This document shows, piece after piece, positions 28,500 through 37,314 of a DNA stretch of 39,187 bases (positions are counted from its first letter, which is position 1; each line of letters starts with the position of its first letter). The position numbers and the translations under genes are program-made. The stretch covers positions 1 to 39,187 of the forward strand of contig JBBRPR010000075.1 of assembly GCA_038227875.1 (NCBI GenBank), in the 5' to 3' direction. The stretch is from Planctomycetota bacterium (GTDB lineage: Bacteria > Planctomycetota > SZUA-567 > H5-PLA8). The notes below the pieces were generated by a model. It had not been told where the DNA came from. It worked only from the letters and a program-made list of their open reading frames with translations, and searched no databases.

Positions 28500-29894
28500 A
28501 TGAACAACGTCATCTGCGCAACCCCATCCCGAACCCGAACCTCGACACCGAAGGCCAAACCTTCCATGGTTTCCGTCCGACCGTTGATTACGCGGGTTTC
28601 GGAGTCGCCCACGCCACGCAAGCTGCAACTGTTTCTCGTGGCCATCGGCGCGCTCACGTTCATATTCTGGGACGTCGCGTCCGACAGAATCGCGCAGTCC
28701 ACGCGCACGCTCGAATTGGTGGGCCGCGAGACCGCCCCCTCGATCATCGCGGCGTCGGGCATCGGCGCGAAACTTGCCGAGGCGCACACCCACGCCGCCG
28801 ACGGGCTACTCAGTGAAGGCGACGACGCGACGAGGTTCTGGATGCAATACGAGTATGATCTCGATGCCGCATCCGAACGGATCCTTGCGGCGGCCCAGGC
28901 CATCCCGAACAACGCCGACACGCGGGCGCCGGTGCTGCGTATCGTCCAGAAACTTCCCGTTTACGCGGCCCACGTCGCGCAGGCTCGCGCGTCGAAAGGG
29001 CCGGAGCGAATTGCGGCAATGGAGGAAGCCAACCATGTGTTGCATTCCGAGCTGCTGCCCGCCGTGACGCAGCTCGATCAGGACAATTTCGTCCGCTTGA
29101 ACGTTCAGTATGCGAACTGCACCCAGTATGCATCCTGGGGTACATTCGGCACCGTTGCGCTGGGCGTGAGTCTGCTGGCGCTGCTGCTCTGGACGCAGCT
29201 GTTCCTCAACACGCATTTTCGGCGCACATTAAATCTGCCGTTGATGCTGGCGACGCTGCTGCTCAGCTGGGTGGTGCTGTTGACAATGCTGACGCTTTCA
29301 GCCGCGCACGAACACCTCCGCGTGGCGAAGGTTGACGCGTTCGATTCCGTCTATGTGCTCTGGAAAGCCCGGGCCGCGGCTCACGACGCCAACGCCGATC
29401 AGGCGCTGTACGTGCTGACTCAGAACCGCCACGATTACGAAGCTGCCTTCAGCCAGCAGATGAATGCGATCGCGAACGGTCCGGTCACCGAGAATATCAT
29501 CGCGAACATTCGCGAGCGATCCGCGTCTTCGATCGGCGGGCTGCTCGGCAGCGAAGCTGAGAACATTACGTTTCGCGGAGAACGCGACGCGATTGTCAAT
29601 GCACTCCATGGCTTCCGGCAATACAAATTCACCGATTCCAAAATCCGGAATCTGGAACAGTCCGCCAGGCACGCCGAGGCCGTAAACGTCTGCCTGCATG
29701 AGAACGCGTTTTCGGAGTTCGATCACGGCATGGAAGTAACACTGCTGATCAACGAAAATGAATTCAACTCGGCGATCGAGCAGGGAGTTTCCGCCCTGTC
29801 GGGTTTGTCGTGGCTGACGGGAGCGACGGCGGTATCGGTGGTCGCACTCGCCGGGCTGGGACTGCGGAATCGACTGAAGGAGTACCTTGTGTAA
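28500..29894 (+). CDS. GlnX-like four-TM membrane protein with two extracytoplasmic four-helix-bundle-like sensor regions
   Basis: Topology TM - helical domain (LAEAHTHAADGLL...LPVYAAHVAQARA) - TM-RRTLNLPL-TM - helical domain (DAFDSV...DANADQ) - TM ending GLRNRLKEY; AAGGAG RBS. Confidence 0.8.
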   Translation: MNNVICATPSRTRTSTPKAKPSMVSVRPLITRVSESPTPRKLQLFLVAIGALTFIFWDVASDRIAQSTRTLELVGRETAPSIIAASGIGAKLAEAHTHAADGLLSEGDDATRFWMQYEYDLDAASERILAAAQAIPNNADTRAPVLRIVQKLPVYAAHVAQARASKGPERIAAMEEANHVLHSELLPAVTQLDQDNFVRLNVQYANCTQYASWGTFGTVALGVSLLALLLWTQLFLNTHFRRTLNLPLMLATLLLSWVVLLTMLTLSAAHEHLRVAKVDAFDSVYVLWKARAAAHDANADQALYVLTQNRHDYEAAFSQQMNAIANGPVTENIIANIRERSASSIGGLLGSEAENITFRGERDAIVNALHGFRQYKFTDSKIRNLEQSARHAEAVNVCLHENAFSEFDHGMEVTLLINENEFNSAIEQGVSALSGLSWLTGATAVSVVALAGLGLRNRLKEYLV

Positions 29895-29942
29895 GGGATA
29901 CTCGAATTGTAGCGCCGGTTTTTTACGTGATGACGGCGCTAC

Positions 29943-31389
29943 TCAGTAACCCGCCGGATCGCCCAGTTCCCGCTTGTATCCCGTCGGCGCTGCGATTTCG
30001 ATGGCCATCGGGTATCCCGCCAGTGTCACTGTTACGGACGCGCCGGCTGTGAACGCGGGCGTATTGAGGCTTTCGGTGCTCATCATGTCGTGGATGCGGA
30101 ACGACCGGGCACGCGGGAGCGTGACTTTCACATTGACGCCCGCCGGCGTGAGACTTTTGCCGTGATCGTAGATCGGCGGTTCGTTCCATAGCCAGACGAT
30201 CGTGCTGCCGTCGGATTTGTGTTCGAACAGCATCCCAGTGCCGGAGGTCGGCGTGAACTTCATTCCGCTGACAGCGCACGCGGATGGATTGATGCCTGGC
30301 ATGAAAACGGCGTCGTCGGTGAGATTGGCGGGGTCGTCGGCATTGTTGTTCAGCGATCGCAGCTCCTGCATGCGCCGCAGAATTACAGCGGAAGGCTTGG
30401 GCGTGACTTTGTCGGAGAGAAACAGACCGTAGTTGGCTTCTGGATCGCCGGACTTCGAGTTGCCGTCGAAAAGCTGATACACAAACATGGCGTGGCAGCC
30501 GAGCGACAAGGCATCGAGTTCCTGGTTGGCGAGGTATTTCGCCTGGCTGACGCCGTCCTTCGCGTAGGTTTTGCCGTCGGTCGCTGCGCCGCATTCGGAG
30601 AGAATCCCCTGCAGGTGTGTCCCCCAGCCCGCGCGCGCCCAACCGAAGACGTTTCCAAAATAGCCCACCGCGCCGTTCACGCCGGCCGGCAAACTCGGCT
30701 GATGCCCGCCCCCGGCATAGTAGTGAAAATCGAAATAGTCGACCAACCCCGCGACATTCAACGTCGCCGGATAGTCGGCAGCGCCGCCCTTGATCGGGGC
30801 AAGATCGGGACTCGAAATCAGCACGCCGTTCAGCACCGCGCGATGGGCCGTGCGAAAGAGCGCAAGCTTCTCGGCCCAATCTTGTGAATTGGCTGGATAA
30901 TCCGCGAGCTCGGTTTTGTCGATCTTATCGTTGGGTCCGCGCGAACCGTTGCCGGTGGACCGATTGTTGATCTCGTTGGGCCCGCTGATCCCCCACAGCA
31001 ATCCCGCCGATGCCATTTCAAGCAACAGCGGTTGCTGATCGGTCCACGGCATCAGATCATTTAGATAGGCCAGGGGTCAGGCAGTAATACTTGACGCGCA
31101 GAGCCGGCGGCGACTTCTGGGCGTCGCGCACGGCTTTCATTACCGCGATTTCGCTGTGTCCGTGATGAACATACCCGCCGCGCAAAAGCCGGATTTTCAA
31201 ATAATCAAGTGCCGCCGCGTACTGAGCGGGCGTGGCATCGCCGAATCCACCGCAGGCGCCGATGCTCTTCAGTGCAGTCCGTGCTACGATTGACGTCACG
31301 GGTAGCACGGGTTCAATTGAGACAGGCAGAGTTTCAGCGGCGGGGATCGCGGCGGTAAAAATCAGCACCAGCCCGAGCAGGGACTTCAT
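29943..31389 (-). pseudogene. Secreted clan GH-A-like glycoside hydrolase split by a +1 frameshift near 31073-31076
   Basis: The upstream part has a signal peptide and LDYLKIRLLR; the downstream part has GPNE (acid/base), DFHYY, LSECG (nucleophile), YQLFD and YGLF. Removing one C from CCCC joins both into 481 aa. Confidence 0.7.
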
Positions 31390-31635
31390 GTGAAGGCGCT
31401 CCGAAGATGAACGATTTTTCAAGAGGGTAGTCCTCCACCCATGGGATGCAACGGGAGGAACCTACGCAACGCATATTGACGACAACGTTCCGATTTCGAG
31501 ATAAAGCTGCACTTCCGAAACTATATCAATCTCCGAAGTCTCGATCAGTATTAGCTTTAAAATTAAACACAAAATTCGCGGCACTGGCCCTTCACGTGTG
31601 CAATGTAGCTATGAGGTTCAACCAGGAGACAAACG

Positions 31636-32364
31636 ATGACCACATTCAAATCGATTTCAAGCACACCTACGGTAGTTTCTTTTCCGAACGAGACTAAAGA
31701 TGGTGTTTACGTGCATACCACCAAACTGCATCCCGTTCACGGACCGCAAAATGAGACGGGAACTCAGCCCGCCGTTCGCCTGGCCAGGCATCGCAATGCG
31801 ATTCTCCATCCCAAGTACGTGACCGTTGGAGCAGTTTTCGGCATCATCGGACTCTTTGCCGCGTACGGACTGGGAGTGATGATCTTGATCTCCAACACGC
31901 GCCACCCGGTGAAGACCGAGCCAGCGCCCATCCCTGCTGCCGCGATCACGTCAACAGTTCCCGTGCCGCCCGCACCAGTGGCAGCGCCAACGACTACGCC
32001 AGAAAATTCGGCAGCCACGCCAACGGTAATTGCGCCGCCTCGAATACCGATTGCACCTGCGTCGCGTGTGGGAAAAAGTGCCGACGGATCCGCACGCCTA
32101 TTGGAATCACAAAAGCTGCTCCAGCAAGTCAAGGCGTTCAACGCCGGATTTGAGAGTAGCGATGCCTATCGCCAGAGCTTGCACGAAAAGGCCTCCCGCC
32201 TGAGCGACACCAAAGCCGGCGCCGAAGCATCGCAGTACCTGATGCTGATCGACAACACCATCATCAACGCGCGCAAACAAGCTCAGGAAAAGCCGGTTGT
32301 TTCCACGCCGCCCGCGGACGAACCGGTCGTGCAGTACGGGATGCGGAGTCTGGATACGCCATAG
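31636..32364 (+). CDS. Hypothetical single-pass membrane protein with Pro/Ala/Thr-rich linker
   Basis: AGGAG RBS; TM VTVGAVFGIIGLFAAYGLGVMILI; PAPIPAAA... linker; helical C-terminus. Confidence 0.7.
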   Translation: MTTFKSISSTPTVVSFPNETKDGVYVHTTKLHPVHGPQNETGTQPAVRLARHRNAILHPKYVTVGAVFGIIGLFAAYGLGVMILISNTRHPVKTEPAPIPAAAITSTVPVPPAPVAAPTTTPENSAATPTVIAPPRIPIAPASRVGKSADGSARLLESQKLLQQVKAFNAGFESSDAYRQSLHEKASRLSDTKAGAEASQYLMLIDNTIINARKQAQEKPVVSTPPADEPVVQYGMRSLDTP

Positions 32365-32420
32365 CACTGTGCAACCGGGAACAGCCACGTAAATTGGACA
32401 ACCGAGGCGAGAAATTCACC

Positions 32421-33275
32421 ATGTCAGAACATCAGCGCGGCTCAATGAAGTCACGAAGCTCATCCAAAACCCTGCGCTGCGCCGTATGCCAGCGGCTGAT
32501 CGCGAAGTGGGTCAGCGATCTGGGCTATACCATCGATCTCGACAACAAGTGTTATTGCCGGTTTTGTTACTTGAGACTGAGGACCGCTGGAAAGATCCAA
32601 CCCAAAAGTGACGATGCCGATTTTATCAGCGGCATTAATTGGGAACTGAGCCTGATCGAGCAAGTCGAAAGACACCACGGAAGCGAGAGAGAGGCGAATC
32701 AGACATCGCGCCGCTCCATTCCTGACACTGGAATCAAGGCTGTGCCGAAACGGTCGCCGGTGCCCGCCAACGCGGAATCAGTGCGTGGCCGCACCAGCCA
32801 GGAAGCCGACTATGCGCCGACGAAAAAGCAACAAGTCGGAATCTGCCCGGCGTGCCGCTCGGCCTTGTCGTTCAATATTCGCGGACATGCCAACGCAGAA
32901 GGGATCTGTCCACGGTGCAATCGGCACATTCAACTGCTGGCCAGCGGGGTTGTAAAGTTGGTGCCAACGCGCGCGGCCATCATCCTGAGCGTGGCTCGCC
33001 GGACCGGAGCGCTGCCAGAAGTGGTGGAAGAGATTTATTCGTATGTGATCGACGAGATCGCCGCCCGTATTTCGGAGCATCCTATTCTGGGCATTCCGGA
33101 GTTGGGAACCTTTCAAGTCGAGCAACCGGATAACCAGAGCGTAGGGTTTAAGCCCTCGCGCCGGTTGCTGGCCCGCATCGCGACGCGCCAACCGGAGCAT
33201 GACCATGATGTAAAGCGATTGTTCTCAGGTAAGCGCGGACAGGAAATCGCAGACGCGGCGGGGAACGGGTATTAG
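32421..33275 (+). CDS. Hypothetical protein with two Cys-rich zinc-binding motifs and a C-terminal HU/IHF-like domain
   Basis: CAVC...CYCRFC; CPAC...CPRC; VARRTG...VEEIYSYVIDEIAARI...IPELGTFQV...VGFKPSRRL resembles the HU fold. Start uncertain (32421 or 32445). Confidence 0.65.
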   Translation: MSEHQRGSMKSRSSSKTLRCAVCQRLIAKWVSDLGYTIDLDNKCYCRFCYLRLRTAGKIQPKSDDADFISGINWELSLIEQVERHHGSEREANQTSRRSIPDTGIKAVPKRSPVPANAESVRGRTSQEADYAPTKKQQVGICPACRSALSFNIRGHANAEGICPRCNRHIQLLASGVVKLVPTRAAIILSVARRTGALPEVVEEIYSYVIDEIAARISEHPILGIPELGTFQVEQPDNQSVGFKPSRRLLARIATRQPEHDHDVKRLFSGKRGQEIADAAGNGY

Positions 33276-33318
33276 AGCTGATAAATTATTTCAAGCAGTT
33301 TGTTTTCCCTTTTGATTT

Positions 33319-33339
33319 CTAGTGTATAATAGACACTAA
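33319..33339. promoter_or_regulatory. Palindromic operator TAGTGT-N7-ACACTA (NrtR-like) overlapping a TATAAT -10 box
   Basis: CTAGTGTATAATAGACACTAA; TATAAT at 33325-33330; flanking arms TTTTGATTTCT / AGAAAGTCAAAA extend the inverted repeat; RBS GGAG at 33351. Confidence 0.65.
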
Positions 33340-33359
33340 GAAAGTCAAAAGGAGCTTCC

Positions 33360-34265
33360 ATGTCTGACCTGCCGCACGACCACGTTGAACGACTTCATCG
33401 CGCGTCGCTCTCACTGCAAGGTTTGTCGGTGGGAGATGCGTTTGGGCAGCGTTTTTTCTTTGATGAAGCCAATATTGAGTCTCGACTTATTTCCCCAGCC
33501 CCGTGGTACTATACGGATGACACGGAAATGGCGATTTCCATTTTCGCCCTTCTAAAGAAGTTCGGGACCATCGAGCAGGACGAGTTGGCGAACGCGTTTG
33601 CACGCCGCTACATCATCGACCCCAGTCGGGGCTATGGCGGTATGGCTCACGAGATTCTCGATGCCATTCACCGTGGTGTACCGTGGAACACGGCTGCGAC
33701 GCGCGCGTTCGGCGGCACGGGTTCGATGGGAAATGGTGGCGCGATGCGCGTGGCGCCACTTGGCGCCTACTTTGCCGAGGATGGCGCCGGCGTCATCGCT
33801 GAACAAGCGCGACTCTCCGCGGAGGTGACGCACGCTCATCTGGAAGGACAAGCCGGCGCCATCGCGATTGCGCTTGCTGCGAGTTTCGCATGGCGCTCGC
33901 GAACGGTGTTGACCAAGGACTCCGGCACGGGATTGATTGAATTTGTGCTGACGCATACTCCAAAAGGAGAGACTAGCAACGGCGTTGAAAAGGCACTGGG
34001 ACTAGAACGTTCGCGTCCGGTTGAGGAAGCGGCGGGAATTCTCGGCTCGGGATCTCGCGTTACCTCGCAGGACACAGTTCCATTCACACTCTGGTGCGCA
34101 GCGAAGCATCTGGATCATTTCGCCGAGGCGATGTGGACGACGGTTGCTGGCTTGGGGGACCGGGATACGACGTGTGCGATCGTGGGTGGCATTGTTGCGT
34201 TATCGGCATGGGAGAAAACGATCCCGAATAGTTGGATTGCGGCGCGGGAGCCGTTAAAAGTATAG
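33360..34265 (+). CDS. ADP-ribosylglycohydrolase (DraG/ARH family)
   Basis: GDAFG, YTDDTEM, RGYG, SMGNGGAMRVAP, VTHAH, GDRDTTCAIVGGI metal-binding motifs all intact. Confidence 0.94.
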   Translation: MSDLPHDHVERLHRASLSLQGLSVGDAFGQRFFFDEANIESRLISPAPWYYTDDTEMAISIFALLKKFGTIEQDELANAFARRYIIDPSRGYGGMAHEILDAIHRGVPWNTAATRAFGGTGSMGNGGAMRVAPLGAYFAEDGAGVIAEQARLSAEVTHAHLEGQAGAIAIALAASFAWRSRTVLTKDSGTGLIEFVLTHTPKGETSNGVEKALGLERSRPVEEAAGILGSGSRVTSQDTVPFTLWCAAKHLDHFAEAMWTTVAGLGDRDTTCAIVGGIVALSAWEKTIPNSWIAAREPLKV

Positions 34266-34290
34266 TTATAGAACTTGTTGGAAGACCAAT

Positions 34291-35052
34291 ATGAAATGGC
34301 TCAAAAATCTATTCGTAAGCAATGTCGACGTTGAAGCCATTAACAACGAGGGACGTAATTATGCAAGAACAGTCAAAATTGCATGTGCGCGGAAGGATAT
34401 TGACGCCACTGAGCGCGCGTGTTCCGACTTGTTTCATTATTTAGAATGGAAAGAACCCACCGTAACAGCACCAAAGGCGAGACAACTGATTGGATTTCTC
34501 TATCATGATATTGGCGCGGATTGCCGTGGCGTTGGATTACGGGAATTCGCTGAACGGGCATATCACCGCGCCATTTCAGTCTTGTTGTCGATACGCGGCA
34601 ATAGCAAACTTGCACGAAGCCAAATTGCTGCATGCAACAATCAACTTGGGCTAATATTTTTTGAGACAGCGCAACGCGAGCGCGCAGTGCCGTTTTTTGA
34701 CAAGGCGATTGAAATTCGAAGAGAACTTTCCACTTCGTATCCAGACGATGCCGAGAACAAAATTTATCTGGCGGGCGCGCTGTGCAACCATGGTCACGTA
34801 TCGAGGGAACTGGGGCAGAATAGTAGTGCGCATTCGTTCTACGAACAATCTCTTGAACTCATTGAGAAAACCATACCCACTTGTGACTGTGGTTGCCGCG
34901 ACATGCTGGCAGAGATGATTTCCCACTCCACGAATCATCCTCATTGGATCTTCACTGCTCATCAATTTCGTCGAAACGTGGAATTGGGATTGTCTTATCT
35001 GCAAAAACAGAAATCTCCGGACAAAAAGTCCGAACAAAATGAAGCGCCGTGA
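34291..35052 (+). CDS. Tetratricopeptide-repeat protein
   Basis: IAACNNQLGLIF...AVPFFDKAIEIRREL...LAGALCNHGHV...FYEQSLEL TPR pattern; CDCGC motif; visibly AT-richer than flanks. Confidence 0.8.
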   Translation: MKWLKNLFVSNVDVEAINNEGRNYARTVKIACARKDIDATERACSDLFHYLEWKEPTVTAPKARQLIGFLYHDIGADCRGVGLREFAERAYHRAISVLLSIRGNSKLARSQIAACNNQLGLIFFETAQRERAVPFFDKAIEIRRELSTSYPDDAENKIYLAGALCNHGHVSRELGQNSSAHSFYEQSLELIEKTIPTCDCGCRDMLAEMISHSTNHPHWIFTAHQFRRNVELGLSYLQKQKSPDKKSEQNEAP

Positions 35053-35087
35053 TTGCATTCAATGCCTCTTAGAATCGGATCTCCGGC

Positions 35088-35858
35088 ATGATCGACTGGC
35101 TCCTCTCAAAAATCTGCGGCGATACGCTGCCTTCGGATGACGTCATTGCCTGGCTGTTCAAAACCTACGCGTGGGTGATCCGGTTTGAGGGCGGGACGGC
35201 GGAGTACCGGGAGCGGCGCGGCTTGATTCTGCCGACGCAGGCGAATTTTCCGATTCAAGAGCTTCATGGCGAGATGCTGGCCGAGCATGTCTTCCAGATG
35301 GTGATGCGGCACATGCGCCTGGAAGCCATGCGCTATGCGCTCGTCGCGCAGGATATCGATCCGCGTAAGAACATGATGGGCGTTCTGCGCGGCGGGATCG
35401 ACGGAGCGGCGGGGACGTATCTACTGCGTGAGGATGGAACGGCGCGGATTACGTACGATCCCGACGGACTCGCGGATATGCCGACGTTCATCGCCACCAT
35501 GGCACACGAACTGGCGCATTACTACATCCGCACTGGACCGGGCGAGGTGCCGGGCGGCGACTCGGCCGAAGAACATGCGACTGACGCCACCGTGATCTTT
35601 CTCGGCATGGGAATTTTCAAAATAAATTCCGTCTACCACATCAGCCGCACCGTCGCGGGCACCGGCCACGGACATCTGGGCTACCTCGGCGAAGTGCCGT
35701 CCGCGTACGCGCTGGCGATGTATTCAGAATTGCACGGCCTTAAACCCAGCGCGCTGACCGGCCATCTGAAATCCAATCCGAGCAGCTATTTTCACGGCGC
35801 GCTGAGGGATATAAAGAAGCGCTGGCAATTTCAAATGCAGGGCCTGAGGCAGCTTTGA
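35088..35858 (+). CDS. HExxH-containing putative zinc metallopeptidase-like protein
   Basis: AAGTY...ITYDP...IATMAHELAHY...EEHATD...FLGMGIF..N...GYL. Confidence 0.75.
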   Translation: MIDWLLSKICGDTLPSDDVIAWLFKTYAWVIRFEGGTAEYRERRGLILPTQANFPIQELHGEMLAEHVFQMVMRHMRLEAMRYALVAQDIDPRKNMMGVLRGGIDGAAGTYLLREDGTARITYDPDGLADMPTFIATMAHELAHYYIRTGPGEVPGGDSAEEHATDATVIFLGMGIFKINSVYHISRTVAGTGHGHLGYLGEVPSAYALAMYSELHGLKPSALTGHLKSNPSSYFHGALRDIKKRWQFQMQGLRQL

Positions 35859-35892
35859 GCCCGCTCCAGCATTCCGTCAGACTCAGAAAACA

Positions 35893-35924
35893 AACAAGGC
35901 TCGCATGTGAGCGCGAGCCTTGTT
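35893..35924. terminator. Intrinsic terminator hairpin between convergent genes
   Basis: AACAAGGCTCGC-atgtgagc-GCGAGCCTTGTT, a 12-bp perfect stem with a U-rich tail on the minus strand. Confidence 0.8.
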
Positions 35925-35952
35925 GCTAAATGATGATCCATGAACGAGAACT

Positions 35953-36417
35953 TCAATCCTTGATTTTCGTCTCGATCAGCGTCTTCTGCGTTTCATGGTC
36001 GACATAGAGGAATTCCTTGTCGTTCACTTCCTTGATCTTGTCCGCGGTCTTGACGCCGTTCAGTGTATAGATGAGGTAGCCATCGCGAACTTCCCACGTT
36101 CCCGACGTCGTCTCGCCGTCGACGATCTCGTTGAGGATCCCAGCAGGAAGATAGATCTCTGTGTATTCCGTGGGGTTGCCGTCGTCGTCGGTATCCTTAA
36201 GCAGCCAGCGACCGCCATCGGCCATAAGCTTCTTTGAGTTTTCCTTGTCCTTGTCCGTCACATCGCCGGGTTTGACGTCAGAATTAGCGGTTCGGGCTTT
36301 CCGCTTTTTCTTCGCATCCACGGCTTTCGAGGTGTCAGTGGATTTCGACGTGTCGGTGGACTTCGGAGCATTCGATCCGCCGCCGCATCCAGCTAGAAAA
36401 GAGAGTACAACTGCCAT
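35953..36417 (-). CDS. Putative lipoprotein; probable original start is GTG 36438, separated by an in-frame TGA
   Basis: Lipobox LAGC, KSTDTS duplicated, beta-rich C-terminus (SGTWEVRDGYLIYT); GGAGG sits 7 nt before GTG 36438. Confidence 0.75.
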   Translation of the reverse strand: MAVVLSFLAGCGGGSNAPKSTDTSKSTDTSKAVDAKKKRKARTANSDVKPGDVTDKDKENSKKLMADGGRWLLKDTDDDGNPTEYTEIYLPAGILNEIVDGETTSGTWEVRDGYLIYTLNGVKTADKIKEVNDKEFLYVDHETQKTLIETKIKD

Positions 36418-36664
36418 TGCTCAGATTCGTGAGTACACGATTTCGCCTCCTTTGATTCCGCGGTTGAAGAACAGAGCGATATAGCCCCACCGTATCCGCC
36501 CAACGAAGGAAATTCAATTCCGTATTGGGCGGGAGCGCCGAGAGGTTTGGGTTCAAATGGCCTATAGTTCCGACATGCCTGCCAGCCCGTAACGACCAAA
36601 GTTCAACGACCCGGCCCGCGAGATGTTCGGATTGCAGCAGCGCATGGCTATACGACAGACGTGC

Positions 36665-37099
36665 TTAGCCAAGCTGCTCGGCAAGCGCGACAATGATGCC
36701 CTCCGGCCCGCGGATGTAGGCTAACCGGTAGGTGTCCCCGTACTGCATTTCGCCAATGAGTTCGGCACCGCAGGCGCGCAGGCGCGCAACGACAGCGTCG
36801 ATTTCATCCACGGCGAACATGATACGACGGATGCCCAGTGTGTTCACCGGCGCGGCCACGGGTCCAAATCGGATCGCGTTGGGTGTGTGGAATTTGTCCA
36901 ACTCAATGCCTTGCCCATCGGGAGTCCGCATCATCGCGAGCGTCGCCCGGACATTATCGAGCCCGATCAGCTTGCCGACCAAGGGTCCTTCAACTGTCGT
37001 CTCGCCCTCAAGCTTGAGACCCAGTTCGATGAAGAACGCCTTAACGGCTTCAAGATCGTCGACCACGATGAGGACGTTGTCCATCCGTTTGAGCGTCAT
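36665..37099 (-). CDS. VOC/glyoxalase family protein
   Basis: MDNVLIVVDDLEAVKAFFIELG, MMRTPDG..IEL, GIRRIMFAVDEID, YRLAYIRGPEGIIVALAEQ. Confidence 0.93.
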   Translation of the reverse strand: MTLKRMDNVLIVVDDLEAVKAFFIELGLKLEGETTVEGPLVGKLIGLDNVRATLAMMRTPDGQGIELDKFHTPNAIRFGPVAAPVNTLGIRRIMFAVDEIDAVVARLRACGAELIGEMQYGDTYRLAYIRGPEGIIVALAEQLG

Positions 37100-37314
37100 C
37101 TCGTATTTCCTCGCTTCCCACTGATACGCGTACTTACGGCGCAAATCATATTGCCGAGTAGACATGGTTCCCGCAAGGCAGCCTTTTCCTCCTTATTTCC
37201 TCCTTATAAACGCGCCGCTCATTTCTAATTGCTACTACCCGCCACAAATGATTGATTGCAGTCGTGCAGTACAACGGTTCTTTCACCCGCAGTACAAATA
37301 AGGAGGGTCTCGCC

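Noticed and set aside
36330..36365. KSTDTS duplication in the lipoprotein
   Set aside because: Two-copy low-complexity linker repeat; unremarkable.
7780..36423. Genome-wide TGA recoding or selenocysteine suggested by two in-frame TGAs
   Set aside because: TGA is the evident true stop of several intact genes (2184, 10588, 14040, 24360, 35052, 35858), and neither context resembles a Cys/Sec redox motif.
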